From positions 1 through 49,656 of the forward strand of contig JBMFOM010000002.1 in the NCBI GenBank assembly GCA_049969615.1: a DNA stretch of 49,656 nt. Direction: 5' to 3'. This stretch comes from a candidate division WOR-3 bacterium. GTDB taxonomy: Bacteria > Hydrothermota > Hydrothermia > JBDRYB01. A model generated the notes under the pieces. The model was not told the origin of the DNA and did not search any database. It saw only the letters and a list, made by a program, of their open reading frames with translations. This document shows positions 28,035 to 36,031 of the stretch, in pieces (positions within the stretch are counted from its first letter, which is position 1; every line of letters starts with the position of its first letter). A program made the position numbers and the translations under genes.

Positions 28035-29069
28035 ATGAAAGCCATTGTGAAGACAAAGCCCCAGCGAGGGGCAGAACTCCTGGATGTTCCTGTGCCGAAG
28101 CCCGGAGAGGGCCAGGTTCTCATCAAGGTGAAGGCTACCTCAATTTGCGGAACAGACCTCCACATATACCAGTGGAACGACTGGGCGGACAAGCGCCTCA
28201 AGAAATTACTCCCCCAGATAATGGGCCACGAGGTCGCGGGAGAGGTCATTGAGCTCGGACCTGGAGTGAAACACATTAAGGTCGGGGACTTCATATCAGC
28301 GGAGACCCATGTTCCCTGCGGTCATTGTTATGAGTGCCTTACGGGCAACATGCACATATGCTTGAACATGAAGATCTTTGGGGTTGATATGGACGGCGTG
28401 TTCGCTGAATACGCTGTTGTTCCGGAGGTTGACGCTTGGGTTAATCCACCCGATCTTCCCCCCGCCTGGGCCTCCATACAGGAACCCCTCGGCAACGCGA
28501 CGGACACGGTCCTGGCGGAGGACATAGCCGGCAGAACCGTTCTCGTGACCGGCGCTGGCCCCTTGGGACTTTTGACCGTTGCGGTCGCGAGGGCGTCCGG
28601 CGCCACCAAGATCTTCGTGTCCGAGCCGGTTGAGTTCCGAAGGAAAAAGGCCCTGGAGCTCGGCGCGGATGTTGTCATTGACCCTAGGACCGAGGATGTG
28701 GTTGAGGTGGTCAAGAAAGGGACCGGCGGCCTTGGGGTTGAGGTTCTGCTTGAGCTCTCCGGCAACGAGACCGCAATTCATCAGGGATTTGCCTGCCTTG
28801 TTCCGGGCGGAAGAGCCTCGCTCCTCGGCCTGCCCGATGGCCCAGTGACAATGGACCTGAACAACGAGATAATCTTCAAGGGCATCAGGGTCTATGGTAT
28901 AACGGGCAGAAAGATGTTTCCCACCTGGTTCAAGGTCTCTCACTTCCTATCGTCTGGCCGGATTGACCCGTCGCCGGCCATAACCCACGAGTTCAGGCTT
29001 GAGGAGTTTCAGAAGGGCTTTGAGCTCATGGAAAGGGGCGAAACAGGAAAGGTCATTCTCTATCCATAA
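28035..29069 (+). CDS. tdh: L-threonine 3-dehydrogenase (Zn-dependent MDR family)
   Basis: 344 aa. [19 protein letters not shown], structural-Zn cysteines ([15 protein letters not shown]) and Rossmann motif VTGAGPLG. The N-terminus is typical of Tdh. Confidence 0.88.
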   Translation: MKAIVKTKPQRGAELLDVPVPKPGEGQVLIKVKATSICGTDLHIYQWNDWADKRLKKLLPQIMGHEVAGEVIELGPGVKHIKVGDFISAETHVPCGHCYECLTGNMHICLNMKIFGVDMDGVFAEYAVVPEVDAWVNPPDLPPAWASIQEPLGNATDTVLAEDIAGRTVLVTGAGPLGLLTVAVARASGATKIFVSEPVEFRRKKALELGADVVIDPRTEDVVEVVKKGTGGLGVEVLLELSGNETAIHQGFACLVPGGRASLLGLPDGPVTMDLNNEIIFKGIRVYGITGRKMFPTWFKVSHFLSSGRIDPSPAITHEFRLEEFQKGFELMERGETGKVILYP

Positions 29070-29087
29070 GGCAGATCATTTTGTCAC

Positions 29088-29143
29088 CCTCTATACTGGT
29101 AAGAAGATCTTAATATATAAGCTAGAAGCTTACCAGTATAGGG
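29088..29143. repeat. Long inverted repeat (13-bp perfect arms) just downstream of tdh
   Basis: CTATACTGGTAAG (29091-29103) pairs with CTTACCAGTATAG (29129-29141), flanked by CCC/GGG. The 25-nt AT-rich loop contains AGATCT. Confidence 0.6.
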
Positions 29144-29229
29144 CATGACACCCTGAGCAACCCGGCCAGGCTTACGCCTCTTGGCCTTAGGGTCCAGGTT
29201 TTGCGGCAGGTTGAAAGCCTTGAATTATT

Positions 29230-29355
29230 GAGACCCCTGATAAATTAGCAATAACTTGCTTGTTTGAGCTAGGAGCACTTTGCCCGAGGGAACAGGGTTC
29301 TAAGAGGCCCCTGAAAAATCCCGCCGCAAGGGCATTCACTCAGGGTTCTCTTTTA
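29230..29355 (+). repeat. Intergenic repeat copy B
   Basis: GAGACCCCTGATAAATTAGCAATAACTTGCTTGTTTGAGCTAGGAGCACTTTGCCCGAGGGAACAGGGTTCTAAGAGGCCCCTGAAAAATCCCGCCGCAAGGGCATTCACTCAGGGTTCTC. The 3' module is replaced by the GT39 promoter. Confidence 0.75.
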
Positions 29356-29365
29356 GCCCAAATGC

Positions 29366-29394
29366 ATGATCCTGCCCAGGAAGTGGGTTATAAT
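29366..29394 (+). promoter_or_regulatory. Promoter cassette upstream of the GT39-type gene
   Basis: ATGATC CTGCCCAGGAAGTGGGT TATAAT (17-nt spacer). ATG 29402 is 7 nt after the -10. Confidence 0.55.
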
Positions 29395-29401
29395 TTTGGA
29401 G

Positions 29402-30799
29402 ATGCTGAGGGATTTCCGGTTCTGGTTGGTTATCATCGTTGCCCTTGGCCTGAGGCTCGTCCCGTGGTTTTTCGGTCTCCCGCACCCGGAGAGATACCTT
29501 TGGGGAGAGGAGGGGACCGATACTTACCAGTATCACTATATTGCCACCAATCTCGCCCAGCACGGGGCATACAGCACCTGGCCCATGGTCTCCTACATAG
29601 TTTGTCCCAATCCCTATGATTGCGCGGAAACGGCCTCGCTCTCTGATCCGGATCCGGATAGAACGCCGGTCTACCCCGGATTCCTAGCGGCCATTTATTG
29701 GCCAACCGGTTGTTCAAAAGCCGCGGCCGCGCTCATCCAGATTCTTCTCTCGGTCGCGACCGTGGCCCTGGTATTTCTCGTGGGAAAAAGGCTCTGGAGC
29801 CAGGAGGGTGGATTCCTAGCAGGCCTTGTCCTCGCTTGCGAGCCCTCGTCCTTTCTCATGGCTTCTGGCATTATGGCCGAGACCCTGTTTGCATTTTTCA
29901 TAGCGTTATCCCTCCTTCTGTTTCTCGCTTGGAAGGCCAGGCCCTCCTTTTCCCTCAGCCTGGCCCTGGGTCTCGTTTCGGCCGCTACCACCCTCACAAA
30001 ACCAACATCCCTCTATCTTTTTCCCCTGTTATTTGTTGGAACGGCTTTATTTTATTTTATTCATAGGGCATGGCGGCCTGGCCTTTCCGCGGTGCTCTCC
30101 CTCGCTATTTATCTGGGAGGGATAGGCCTCTGGTGTCTGAGAAACTACGTTGAGTTCGGGGTCCCGGAGCTCACGAGCATCCAAGGTTACACCCTGATGA
30201 GGTTCCACTACGCGCCAACAAGGGGACGGATTGAGGCCAAGGATTTTCTCACGATGGATTCGGAGGTTGTAAAAGAAATGGGAGCCATATTGGCCGAGGC
30301 GGATTCAAACCCCATGCTCGCGGCCCGGCTCATGGCCAGACGTTCAACAGATTACATTCTCCGGCACCCGGCTGACTATGCTGTTGTTTATCTTAAGGGC
30401 TTGCCCAGAACCCTAATGCCTGCCATAAACACATCATATATACTGACGGGAAAGTGGGTCTACTCTGACATATATGTGAGCCTTGCCGGAGGGGGGTTCG
30501 GGGCCATCAGGCATGAGCTATCAGGCCTCTGGCATGACGCGCGGTGGCCCTTTATCCTATGGATACCCCAGGCCCTCCTTTTGCTGGTGATATACCTTGC
30601 CCTTGCTTTTGGTCTCTGGCGGGCCAGAAAAAATCCCTTGATTCTCATCCCCTTGTTTTATCTGGCCTACCTGATCCTAATCCCCGGCCCTGGTTCAATG
30701 GCCAGGTTTCGCGTTGCTTGGGCGCCACTAGCGGCTTTGGTTGCCGGCGCGGCCCTCTTGAGGGAAAGGGACAAACCGAGATTTTTCAAGGGGTTTTAG
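29402..30799 (+). CDS. Membrane glycosyltransferase, GT-C fold (GT39 / ArnT-PMT-like)
   Basis: About 12 predicted TM helices with an acidic first loop (WGEEGTDTYQYH). The ORF track starts at 29366, but that codon lies inside the promoter, so ATG 29402 (MLRDFRFWLV) is preferred. Confidence 0.7.
   Translation: MLRDFRFWLVIIVALGLRLVPWFFGLPHPERYLWGEEGTDTYQYHYIATNLAQHGAYSTWPMVSYIVCPNPYDCAETASLSDPDPDRTPVYPGFLAAIYWPTGCSKAAAALIQILLSVATVALVFLVGKRLWSQEGGFLAGLVLACEPSSFLMASGIMAETLFAFFIALSLLLFLAWKARPSFSLSLALGLVSAATTLTKPTSLYLFPLLFVGTALFYFIHRAWRPGLSAVLSLAIYLGGIGLWCLRNYVEFGVPELTSIQGYTLMRFHYAPTRGRIEAKDFLTMDSEVVKEMGAILAEADSNPMLAARLMARRSTDYILRHPADYAVVYLKGLPRTLMPAINTSYILTGKWVYSDIYVSLAGGGFGAIRHELSGLWHDARWPFILWIPQALLLLVIYLALAFGLWRARKNPLILIPLFYLAYLILIPGPGSMARFRVAWAPLAALVAGAALLRERDKPRFFKGF
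30768..30796 (+). repeat. Repeat-family 3' module embedded in the last codons of the GT39-type gene (copy G)
   Basis: GGGACAAACCGAGATTTTTCAAGGGGTTTT matches GGGACAAACCGAAATTTTTCATGGGTTTC (copy C) and GGACAAACCAAAATTTTTCTGGGGTTTC (copy D). Confidence 0.65.
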
Positions 30800-30853
30800 G
30801 ACAAGCACGCAACAGATAAGGTTTCCAAGCGATAGCACAAGAGAGACCTGCCC

Positions 30854-32707
30854 CTACTTAGGTAGGCTCTTCTTGAGTTCGTTGACTGCCTCAACATCCT
30901 CCATTCTGCCCAAGTTGCTGTAGATAAGGCTGGCTTCATCCAGGCATTCTGATGCCTTTTCAACATTCCCAATCTGGATATAGGCTATGCCGAGATAATG
31001 GAGGGTTACTGCTTTCTCGCTTATGTCCGATTCCGATAATTTTGAGTCAAGGTCCTCCAACACTTTTATAGCCTCCTTGGGCTGATTTAGCATCACATAG
31101 GATATACCCACCAGCTGGATGGCCTCGGACTGGTGTTCGTTTTCCGGATAAGACTCCACAAACTTTTTCATGGTGCTGGCCGCGTAGGAGTATTTCTTCT
31201 GGTTGAAATATATCTGCCCCGCGTAGAACAGAGCGTCCGGCGCCCTCCTGTGTTTCGGGAACAGGGTGGCCATCTTGTAGAAAAGCGATGCGGCTGTGTC
31301 GTATTCGGCAGGGCTGTTGAGCTTCTCTCCCTCCTCATAGTGTTTTGCTGCCCAGTAATAGTATGCCTCAGCCAGTTCCTGCGAGTTTGGAAACGTCTTC
31401 TCAAACTCAGGCAGGATTCCCTCATCCTCCAGGGCTATGGCGTAATAAGTCTGGGACATCCGGCCCTTCACATCATCCACGAGCCGGTTGTATGGGAACC
31501 GGGCTATAAACTCCTTGAATTTTATGAGAGCGCTTCTGTATTCCTTCATTGAGAAATACATCTCAGCGAGCATGTAGATTGCCCTGTCGTTTTTGGGATA
31601 ATCAGGAAACTGTTTGATGAGCCACTCAAGCATGAGTATAGCGTGCTCGTTGTCGCCTCCAGCCGCATAAGACTCGCCGAGCCTAAACGCGGCCGGTGCG
31701 GCCTTTTCCATGTTGCCGTAGTCCTCTATCACCTTGCGCCACGAGTGCTCTGACTCAGGGAAGTTTCTCATCACCTCGCAGACGAAACCCCTGTGATAGA
31801 GTATCTCCGCGGCCAGATAGGGGTTTTTGGGCTGGGGCATATATATCTCATTGAGCATGGCGTAGGCTTCCCCATATTTGCCCATGTTGAAGATCGCTAT
31901 TGCGACGCCGAGCTCCGCGCACTTCGCCAGGTCAGAACCCTCCGGAGATGAGATGAGCACTATCTCCAGCTGGGTTTTCGCGTCAGCGGGCCTGGCCTCG
32001 TGCAGGTTGCACCAGCCCGCGCCCAGCCGTGAGTAAAGCACCACGATTGAGTCCGTGTTGTGGCTTATGTTCTCCAGAAAATAGCGTTCCGCTACCTCGT
32101 AGTCTCCCTTGAAATAACTGCACATGCCGGTTGCCCAGACTGTCCAGCCGTTCCAGAATCCCCTCTCAACATCCTCCTCGCCCTCCCTCACATAGACAGA
32201 GCCAACCGCCTGGCCCTCAGCGTACTGCCCCCAGTATAGGTATGAGAGGACTGCCAGTGCCCTTGCCTCCCTGCCCAGGGGAAAGCCGCGGTTCTTGTTG
32301 ATGAAGCTCTTGAGGTCCTTCGCTGATAACCAGTATCTCCCGAAAGCGTAGTCCGCCACCGCGGCCAAGAACTCGCCGGCCTTCGCGTAATCACCCTTGA
32401 CCCTTATTGACTGAGCGATCTTCAACGCGCCGGTCGTGTCAAGCGCGCTTACCCATGAGGACAGAGAGGATGCCGCAGAGAGGACCTCCTGCGGAGCACC
32501 CTGTTGAACCAGGGAGGCGTTGACTGCTTCTAAGGCGTTAAATGGTGGGTCAAGGAGGGGCATCTTCATGTCGGTTATCCTGTATTCGCCGGTCTCTATG
32601 ACCTCCTCCTCCATCTCGGTTCCGGCCTGAAAATTGGTTTTATCCCCGGATTCACCAGTCTGCTGTCCTAGTATTCCCAGACAAAACAATCCCCATAACA
32701 TAACCAT
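30854..32707 (-). CDS. Secreted TPR-repeat protein
   Basis: 617 aa. Signal-like N-terminus and many TPR-like A/Y/G-patterned helices. The promoter geometry suggests the third codon (ATG at 32701) is the real start. Confidence 0.75.
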   Translation of the reverse strand: MVMLWGLFCLGILGQQTGESGDKTNFQAGTEMEEEVIETGEYRITDMKMPLLDPPFNALEAVNASLVQQGAPQEVLSAASSLSSWVSALDTTGALKIAQSIRVKGDYAKAGEFLAAVADYAFGRYWLSAKDLKSFINKNRGFPLGREARALAVLSYLYWGQYAEGQAVGSVYVREGEEDVERGFWNGWTVWATGMCSYFKGDYEVAERYFLENISHNTDSIVVLYSRLGAGWCNLHEARPADAKTQLEIVLISSPEGSDLAKCAELGVAIAIFNMGKYGEAYAMLNEIYMPQPKNPYLAAEILYHRGFVCEVMRNFPESEHSWRKVIEDYGNMEKAAPAAFRLGESYAAGGDNEHAILMLEWLIKQFPDYPKNDRAIYMLAEMYFSMKEYRSALIKFKEFIARFPYNRLVDDVKGRMSQTYYAIALEDEGILPEFEKTFPNSQELAEAYYYWAAKHYEEGEKLNSPAEYDTAASLFYKMATLFPKHRRAPDALFYAGQIYFNQKKYSYAASTMKKFVESYPENEHQSEAIQLVGISYVMLNQPKEAIKVLEDLDSKLSESDISEKAVTLHYLGIAYIQIGNVEKASECLDEASLIYSNLGRMEDVEAVNELKKSLPK

Positions 32708-32709
32708 AA

Positions 32710-32738
32710 GATTAAGGCATAAGGGGATGTGAATTCAA
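32710..32738 (-). promoter_or_regulatory. Putative promoter of the TPR gene
   Basis: On the minus strand: TTGAAT, 17-nt spacer, TTAATC. ATG 32701 lies 8 nt after the -10. Repeat motif CTTTATCAAGGGTCTC lies 6 nt upstream of the -35. Confidence 0.4.
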
Positions 32739-32744
32739 GTTGCT

Positions 32745-33072
32745 GAGACCCTTGATAAAGTCGCAGGCTAAAGCCTACGCTGGGAAAACAATACTGAGCT
32801 AGCCCCTAGAATTCCCCGTTCCCGGGTCGGGCTTTAGCCCGACAGGCCAGCTAATACCCAACTTTGACACCTCATTTTTCTCAATTCGTTTACTGATAAG
32901 GGATCCCGGGGATCATGGGACAAAATTTCGGGACTAGGTTACTTGTGCCGGGTCTATGAACGCGAAACACCTGAAAAATCCCGCCGCAAGGGCATTCATT
33001 CAGGATTCTCTTCCAGCTATGATGAGGCTCTCGGATATGACCAGGGACAAACCGAAATTTTTCATGGGTTTC
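32745..33072 (+). repeat. Intergenic repeat copy C (long, mosaic form)
   Basis: GAGACCCTTGATAAAG, then hairpins AGGCTAAAGCCT and GTCGGGCTTTAGCCCGAC (32826-32843), then an internal partial reiteration (CTGATAAGGGATCC ... GGGACAAAATTTCGGG). It ends with CCTGAAAAATCCCGCCGCAAGGGCATTCATTCAGGATTCTC ... GGGACAAACCGAAATTTTTCATGGGTTTC. Confidence 0.75.
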
Positions 33073-33131
33073 CGTTGCTTAATTTGTCGGAGGAGGACCA
33101 CAGGTTTTGAATTTCACGCGGTAACAAGTGT

Positions 33132-33160
33132 TTGATCCTGCGCAGGGAGTGGGTTATAAT
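33132..33160 (+). promoter_or_regulatory. Promoter cassette driving the cobalamin riboswitch / receptor operon
   Basis: TTGATC CTGCGCAGGGAGTGGGT TATAAT (17-nt spacer). It contains the perfect 10-bp palindrome CCTGCGCAGG (33137-33146). Confidence 0.6.
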
Positions 33161-33164
33161 TTTC

Positions 33165-33420
33165 CAGGTCGCGGTTCAAGGGAACCGGGTGAAAATCCCG
33201 GGCTGTCCCCGCAGCCGTAACCGGCAAAGGGCTTCTCATGAGGCCACTGGGAGGATGAAATAATAGGTGAAAGCCGCCCTCCTGGGAAGGCGAGAGGTTC
33301 ACCGCCGGAAGCCGGAAAACCTTGCCCGATAAATCAGGCTTCTGTAAGAAGGGGCCTGCTGGAGCCTCCGGGGAAAGGGGCAAATGCAGATAGGGTTTAT
33401 CTTTCCCTCTGGCTCCCCAT
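33165..33420 (+). promoter_or_regulatory. Cobalamin (B12) riboswitch with expression-platform hairpin
   Basis: Conserved core GGTTCAAGGGAACCGGGTGAAAATCCCGGGCTGTCCCCGCAGCCGTAA ... GCCACTGGGAGG ... CCTGGGAAGGC. B12 box GAAGCCGGAAAACCTTGCC (33308-33326). A long hairpin follows (GGAGCCTCCGGGGAAAG / CTTTCCCTCTGGCTCC) just before the ATG. Confidence 0.9.
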
Positions 33421-33429
33421 AAACAGGTT

Positions 33430-34983
33430 ATGGGGATATTGTTTATAGCCTTGGTTACAGCGGACAGCCTCCCTGATGGGGATTCCCTGCCCGTGTATCA
33501 GGCACCAGAGGTTGTTGCTACGGCCTGTTTCCCTGGTCTCAGGGCCGAGACCCTCGCTCTTGAGGATACCCCCCAGCGCGCCCTTAGGCGCATGGGCTTA
33601 TATGATTATGGAGGCATGATCACTCCTGGTCTCTCAGGCCTTCCATCCCGGCATACCCGCGTCCTCATTCAGGGCATTCAGGTCAATTCTCCGGCCACCG
33701 GCTCGGTTGATCTCTCCTTGATCCCGTTCCATCTTTTGGCTGGCGGCATCGCGACCCTGTCCGGAAGGCCAGAGCTGGCCCTCTGGCTCCCGGATGATTC
33801 GGAGGCTAGGCTTTTTGCCGGAGCATTCGGCCTGGTGGGCGCGGCCGGATTCGCGCGAACGGGGCCGGCCCTATTTGGCCTCTCTTTCAGGCGTGCGGAT
33901 AACTGCTATTCTTACCGGGATGAATTCAGCAGGCCCGCGGTGAGGACGAATGCCGATGAGGCTCAGGTCGCTCTGGCTAGCCTATTCCGCAACAACAGCC
34001 TCTCGGCCCTCTTTGTCGGGAGCCTCACAGAAAGGGGATCCCCTGGCCCCATTGGTTCCCCAACCCCCCTTGCCCGGCTCTCAGATACCCTCATCCTGGC
34101 CGCGTTTTCCGTTGGCCACCTCAACATATCTGGCACCAGAGAAGCTTTGATTTATTCGGATGCCCCGCTGTTCTCCCGGACCGTTTCCACGAGCCTCGGC
34201 CTCTCCTGGTCTGCCGGGCCCCTGATCCTTGAGGCCTCCCGCGCCTCTGCGCTTGGCGCACGCTCCTATTGCGTGAAGGCATTGGTTGCCCTAGCCAGGA
34301 GAGAATGGTTTTGTCGGTTTGGTGCGCTTGTCTGGGATGGGCCGCGCTCATCCCTCGTTTTTCCCATGGCCGAGGTCGGCCTGCATCTTTCCCCGGTCAG
34401 GGCAGTGGCGTTCTACGACGCGGTTCCCCCTGCTGTGAACGACCTGGCGTGGCCGGATGACGGTTTTTCGGTTGGCAATCCCCTCCTTAGTCCAGAGAGG
34501 ATGTTTGGCGGCGAGCTCGGCCTTGATTTCGGCCTCGCGAGGGCCTGGGCGTCCCTACGATTCGTTGATGACTACATAGCCTGGATTCCAGGGGATAGAT
34601 GGACCCCAGCGAACCTTCAGGGTGTTCTTTCCCCAGAACTCGGTGCTTCCTTAAACACGGGCCTCTTTGAGGCTGGCATTTCCTATAACCCGGTCCGTTG
34701 GCAGACCAGGCGCCTGGCAAATGTTCCTGATGTCCGCGGGTGGTTAGCCCTGTTCGTGGGGCCGGCCTGGTTTTCGCTTGATTACACCGGAGCAAGGGTC
34801 TCAACGCCAGGCGGAATAAGGGAACTTCCGGGTTTTCTCATGCTGGATGCGGGGCTTTCCCTTTCCGCGAGGGAATTTGCCACTGAGATTTCTGTTCTTA
34901 ACCTGCTTGATCAGACCCCACAGCAGGTAGCGGGTTATCCCCTTTCGGGGAGGAGCTTCAGGGTTGAAATCTCTCGGAGGTAA
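33430..34983 (+). CDS. btuB: Short TonB-dependent receptor, riboswitch-controlled (BtuB-like)
   Basis: 517 aa. Plug-like region (VVATA ... RVLIQGIQVNSPATGSVDLSLIPFHLLAG) and TBDR-type C-terminal strands (ISVLNLLDQ ... GYPLSGRSFRVEI). Lies directly downstream of the B12 riboswitch. Confidence 0.65.
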   Translation: MGILFIALVTADSLPDGDSLPVYQAPEVVATACFPGLRAETLALEDTPQRALRRMGLYDYGGMITPGLSGLPSRHTRVLIQGIQVNSPATGSVDLSLIPFHLLAGGIATLSGRPELALWLPDDSEARLFAGAFGLVGAAGFARTGPALFGLSFRRADNCYSYRDEFSRPAVRTNADEAQVALASLFRNNSLSALFVGSLTERGSPGPIGSPTPLARLSDTLILAAFSVGHLNISGTREALIYSDAPLFSRTVSTSLGLSWSAGPLILEASRASALGARSYCVKALVALARREWFCRFGALVWDGPRSSLVFPMAEVGLHLSPVRAVAFYDAVPPAVNDLAWPDDGFSVGNPLLSPERMFGGELGLDFGLARAWASLRFVDDYIAWIPGDRWTPANLQGVLSPELGASLNTGLFEAGISYNPVRWQTRRLANVPDVRGWLALFVGPAWFSLDYTGARVSTPGGIRELPGFLMLDAGLSLSAREFATEISVLNLLDQTPQQVAGYPLSGRSFRVEISRR

Positions 34984-34987
34984 AAAC

Positions 34988-36031
34988 ATGAAAAGATTTA
35001 TCAGCGCGAGCGTGGTATGCCTTGCCCTTGCCTGTCATCATGAGTCAGAGGGCATTTCGGCATACTCAATCTACATACTTGAGGACATGGCCGAGGCCAT
35101 AGCGGTTTATCTGCCCCTTTCGGATAGCCTGGTTGGCCCGGTTCCGGCCGGCGCGACCCCAAATCTCCTCTTTTCTGGAGGTGGTCGCCTCTATCTCATC
35201 AACTCAGGCTTTTCCGGCTCCCCTTCGGTGATGGTCTACGAACCCACCGTTCCCCCATCCCTCGTCTCGTCCATACCCATGCCCCCTGGTTCCAATCCCT
35301 ATGCGGGAACGTTTCTGGACGGGAGGCTGTATGTATCCGGTTTTGCCTCGGATATGCTCTACATCCTGGATGGCAATGCCATCGTTGATTCCATTAGGGT
35401 GGGCAAGGCACCTGAGGGTGTCCTTGCCTTTGGCGGCAGGATATATGTGGTCTGCTCCGGCTATGACCTCGCCACCTATAGCTTTGGCCCTGGCTCCCTG
35501 TATCGCTATGATCCCGGTTCTGGCCAGATGGATTCGGTTCCCCTGGGCACAAACCCCCAGTTCTGTGCGACAGACAACCTGGGGAGGCTCCATGTGCTCG
35601 TCACGGGCGATTATCCAGACTACGGCGGCTCAAGCTGGGGAAGCGTGGTTGTCGTTGATCCCTGGAACCTCGCGGCCGTTGATTCAGTGATTCTAACGGG
35701 CCACAGCCCTGGTGCCATTGCGATACTCGGGGATTGGGGATACGCGGTTGGTTGGGATGGCGTTTTACTGACCTACGGCATTCCGAGCATGACCCTCATG
35801 GACAGCCTCGTCCTTGGCCAGGGCATAATGGGCCTTGCCGCGGAACCCAACGGCCTCTGGTTGACACGCTGGTCAAACACTGAAGAGAACTGGTTGTATC
35901 TGGTGCAGGGGCTTTCGGTTTCGGATAGCGTCCCTCTTGGCATGGGCGTCGGCGCGAAGGCAGTCCTGCCTTGGGTTGAATCAGCGGTCTCCTGCTTTGT
36001 TCCGGCCGGCCCCGGATTCCGCAGGTTTTAG
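34988..36031 (+). CDS. Beta-propeller surface lipoprotein (YVTN/YncE-like repeats)
   Basis: ATG 34988 lies 4 nt after the receptor stop. Lipobox LALAC. Repeated G..P.G......GRLYV-type blades (GRLYLINSG, GRLYVSGF, GRIYVVCSG, GRLHVLVTG). Confidence 0.65.
   Translation: MKRFISASVVCLALACHHESEGISAYSIYILEDMAEAIAVYLPLSDSLVGPVPAGATPNLLFSGGGRLYLINSGFSGSPSVMVYEPTVPPSLVSSIPMPPGSNPYAGTFLDGRLYVSGFASDMLYILDGNAIVDSIRVGKAPEGVLAFGGRIYVVCSGYDLATYSFGPGSLYRYDPGSGQMDSVPLGTNPQFCATDNLGRLHVLVTGDYPDYGGSSWGSVVVVDPWNLAAVDSVILTGHSPGAIAILGDWGYAVGWDGVLLTYGIPSMTLMDSLVLGQGIMGLAAEPNGLWLTRWSNTEENWLYLVQGLSVSDSVPLGMGVGAKAVLPWVESAVSCFVPAGPGFRRF

Noticed and set aside
27557-28294. 245-aa minus-strand ORF spanning the OmpA/tdh spacer and the 5' part of tdh
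   Set aside because: It runs antisense to a confidently identified tdh and through repeat copy A and two promoters. Its composition is R/P/S-rich, typical of antisense frames in GC-rich DNA. It is treated as spurious.
29260-29619. 119-aa plus-strand ORF, and the 29366 start of the GT39 ORF
   Set aside because: Both begin inside repeat copy B or the -35/-10 cassette. The 29260 ORF is out of frame with the convincing membrane protein. The 29366 start would place the start codon on the -35 hexamer itself.
33014-33040. Hammerhead-ribozyme-like CTATGATGAGGCT string in repeat copies C and D
   Set aside because: The core would need CUGAUGA with a properly placed GAAA and three helices. Here the first C is an A (AUGAUGA) and I could not build stems I-III around it.
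33011-33110. Small ORFs inside repeat copies: MMRLSDMTRDKPKFFMGF... in C, MMRLSDMDKPKFFWGF... in D, MNLSDRDKGRTGIFQSF... in E
   Set aside because: The similarity is explained by nucleotide-level repeat conservation. The frame is broken by a stop just upstream in copy E, the region is missing from B, and it is inverted or partial in F. No SD precedes them. They were kept only as context for the GT39 C-terminus observation.
33114-33383. 89-aa minus-strand ORF
   Set aside because: It lies entirely antisense to the cobalamin riboswitch, and the riboswitch explains the conservation of this segment.
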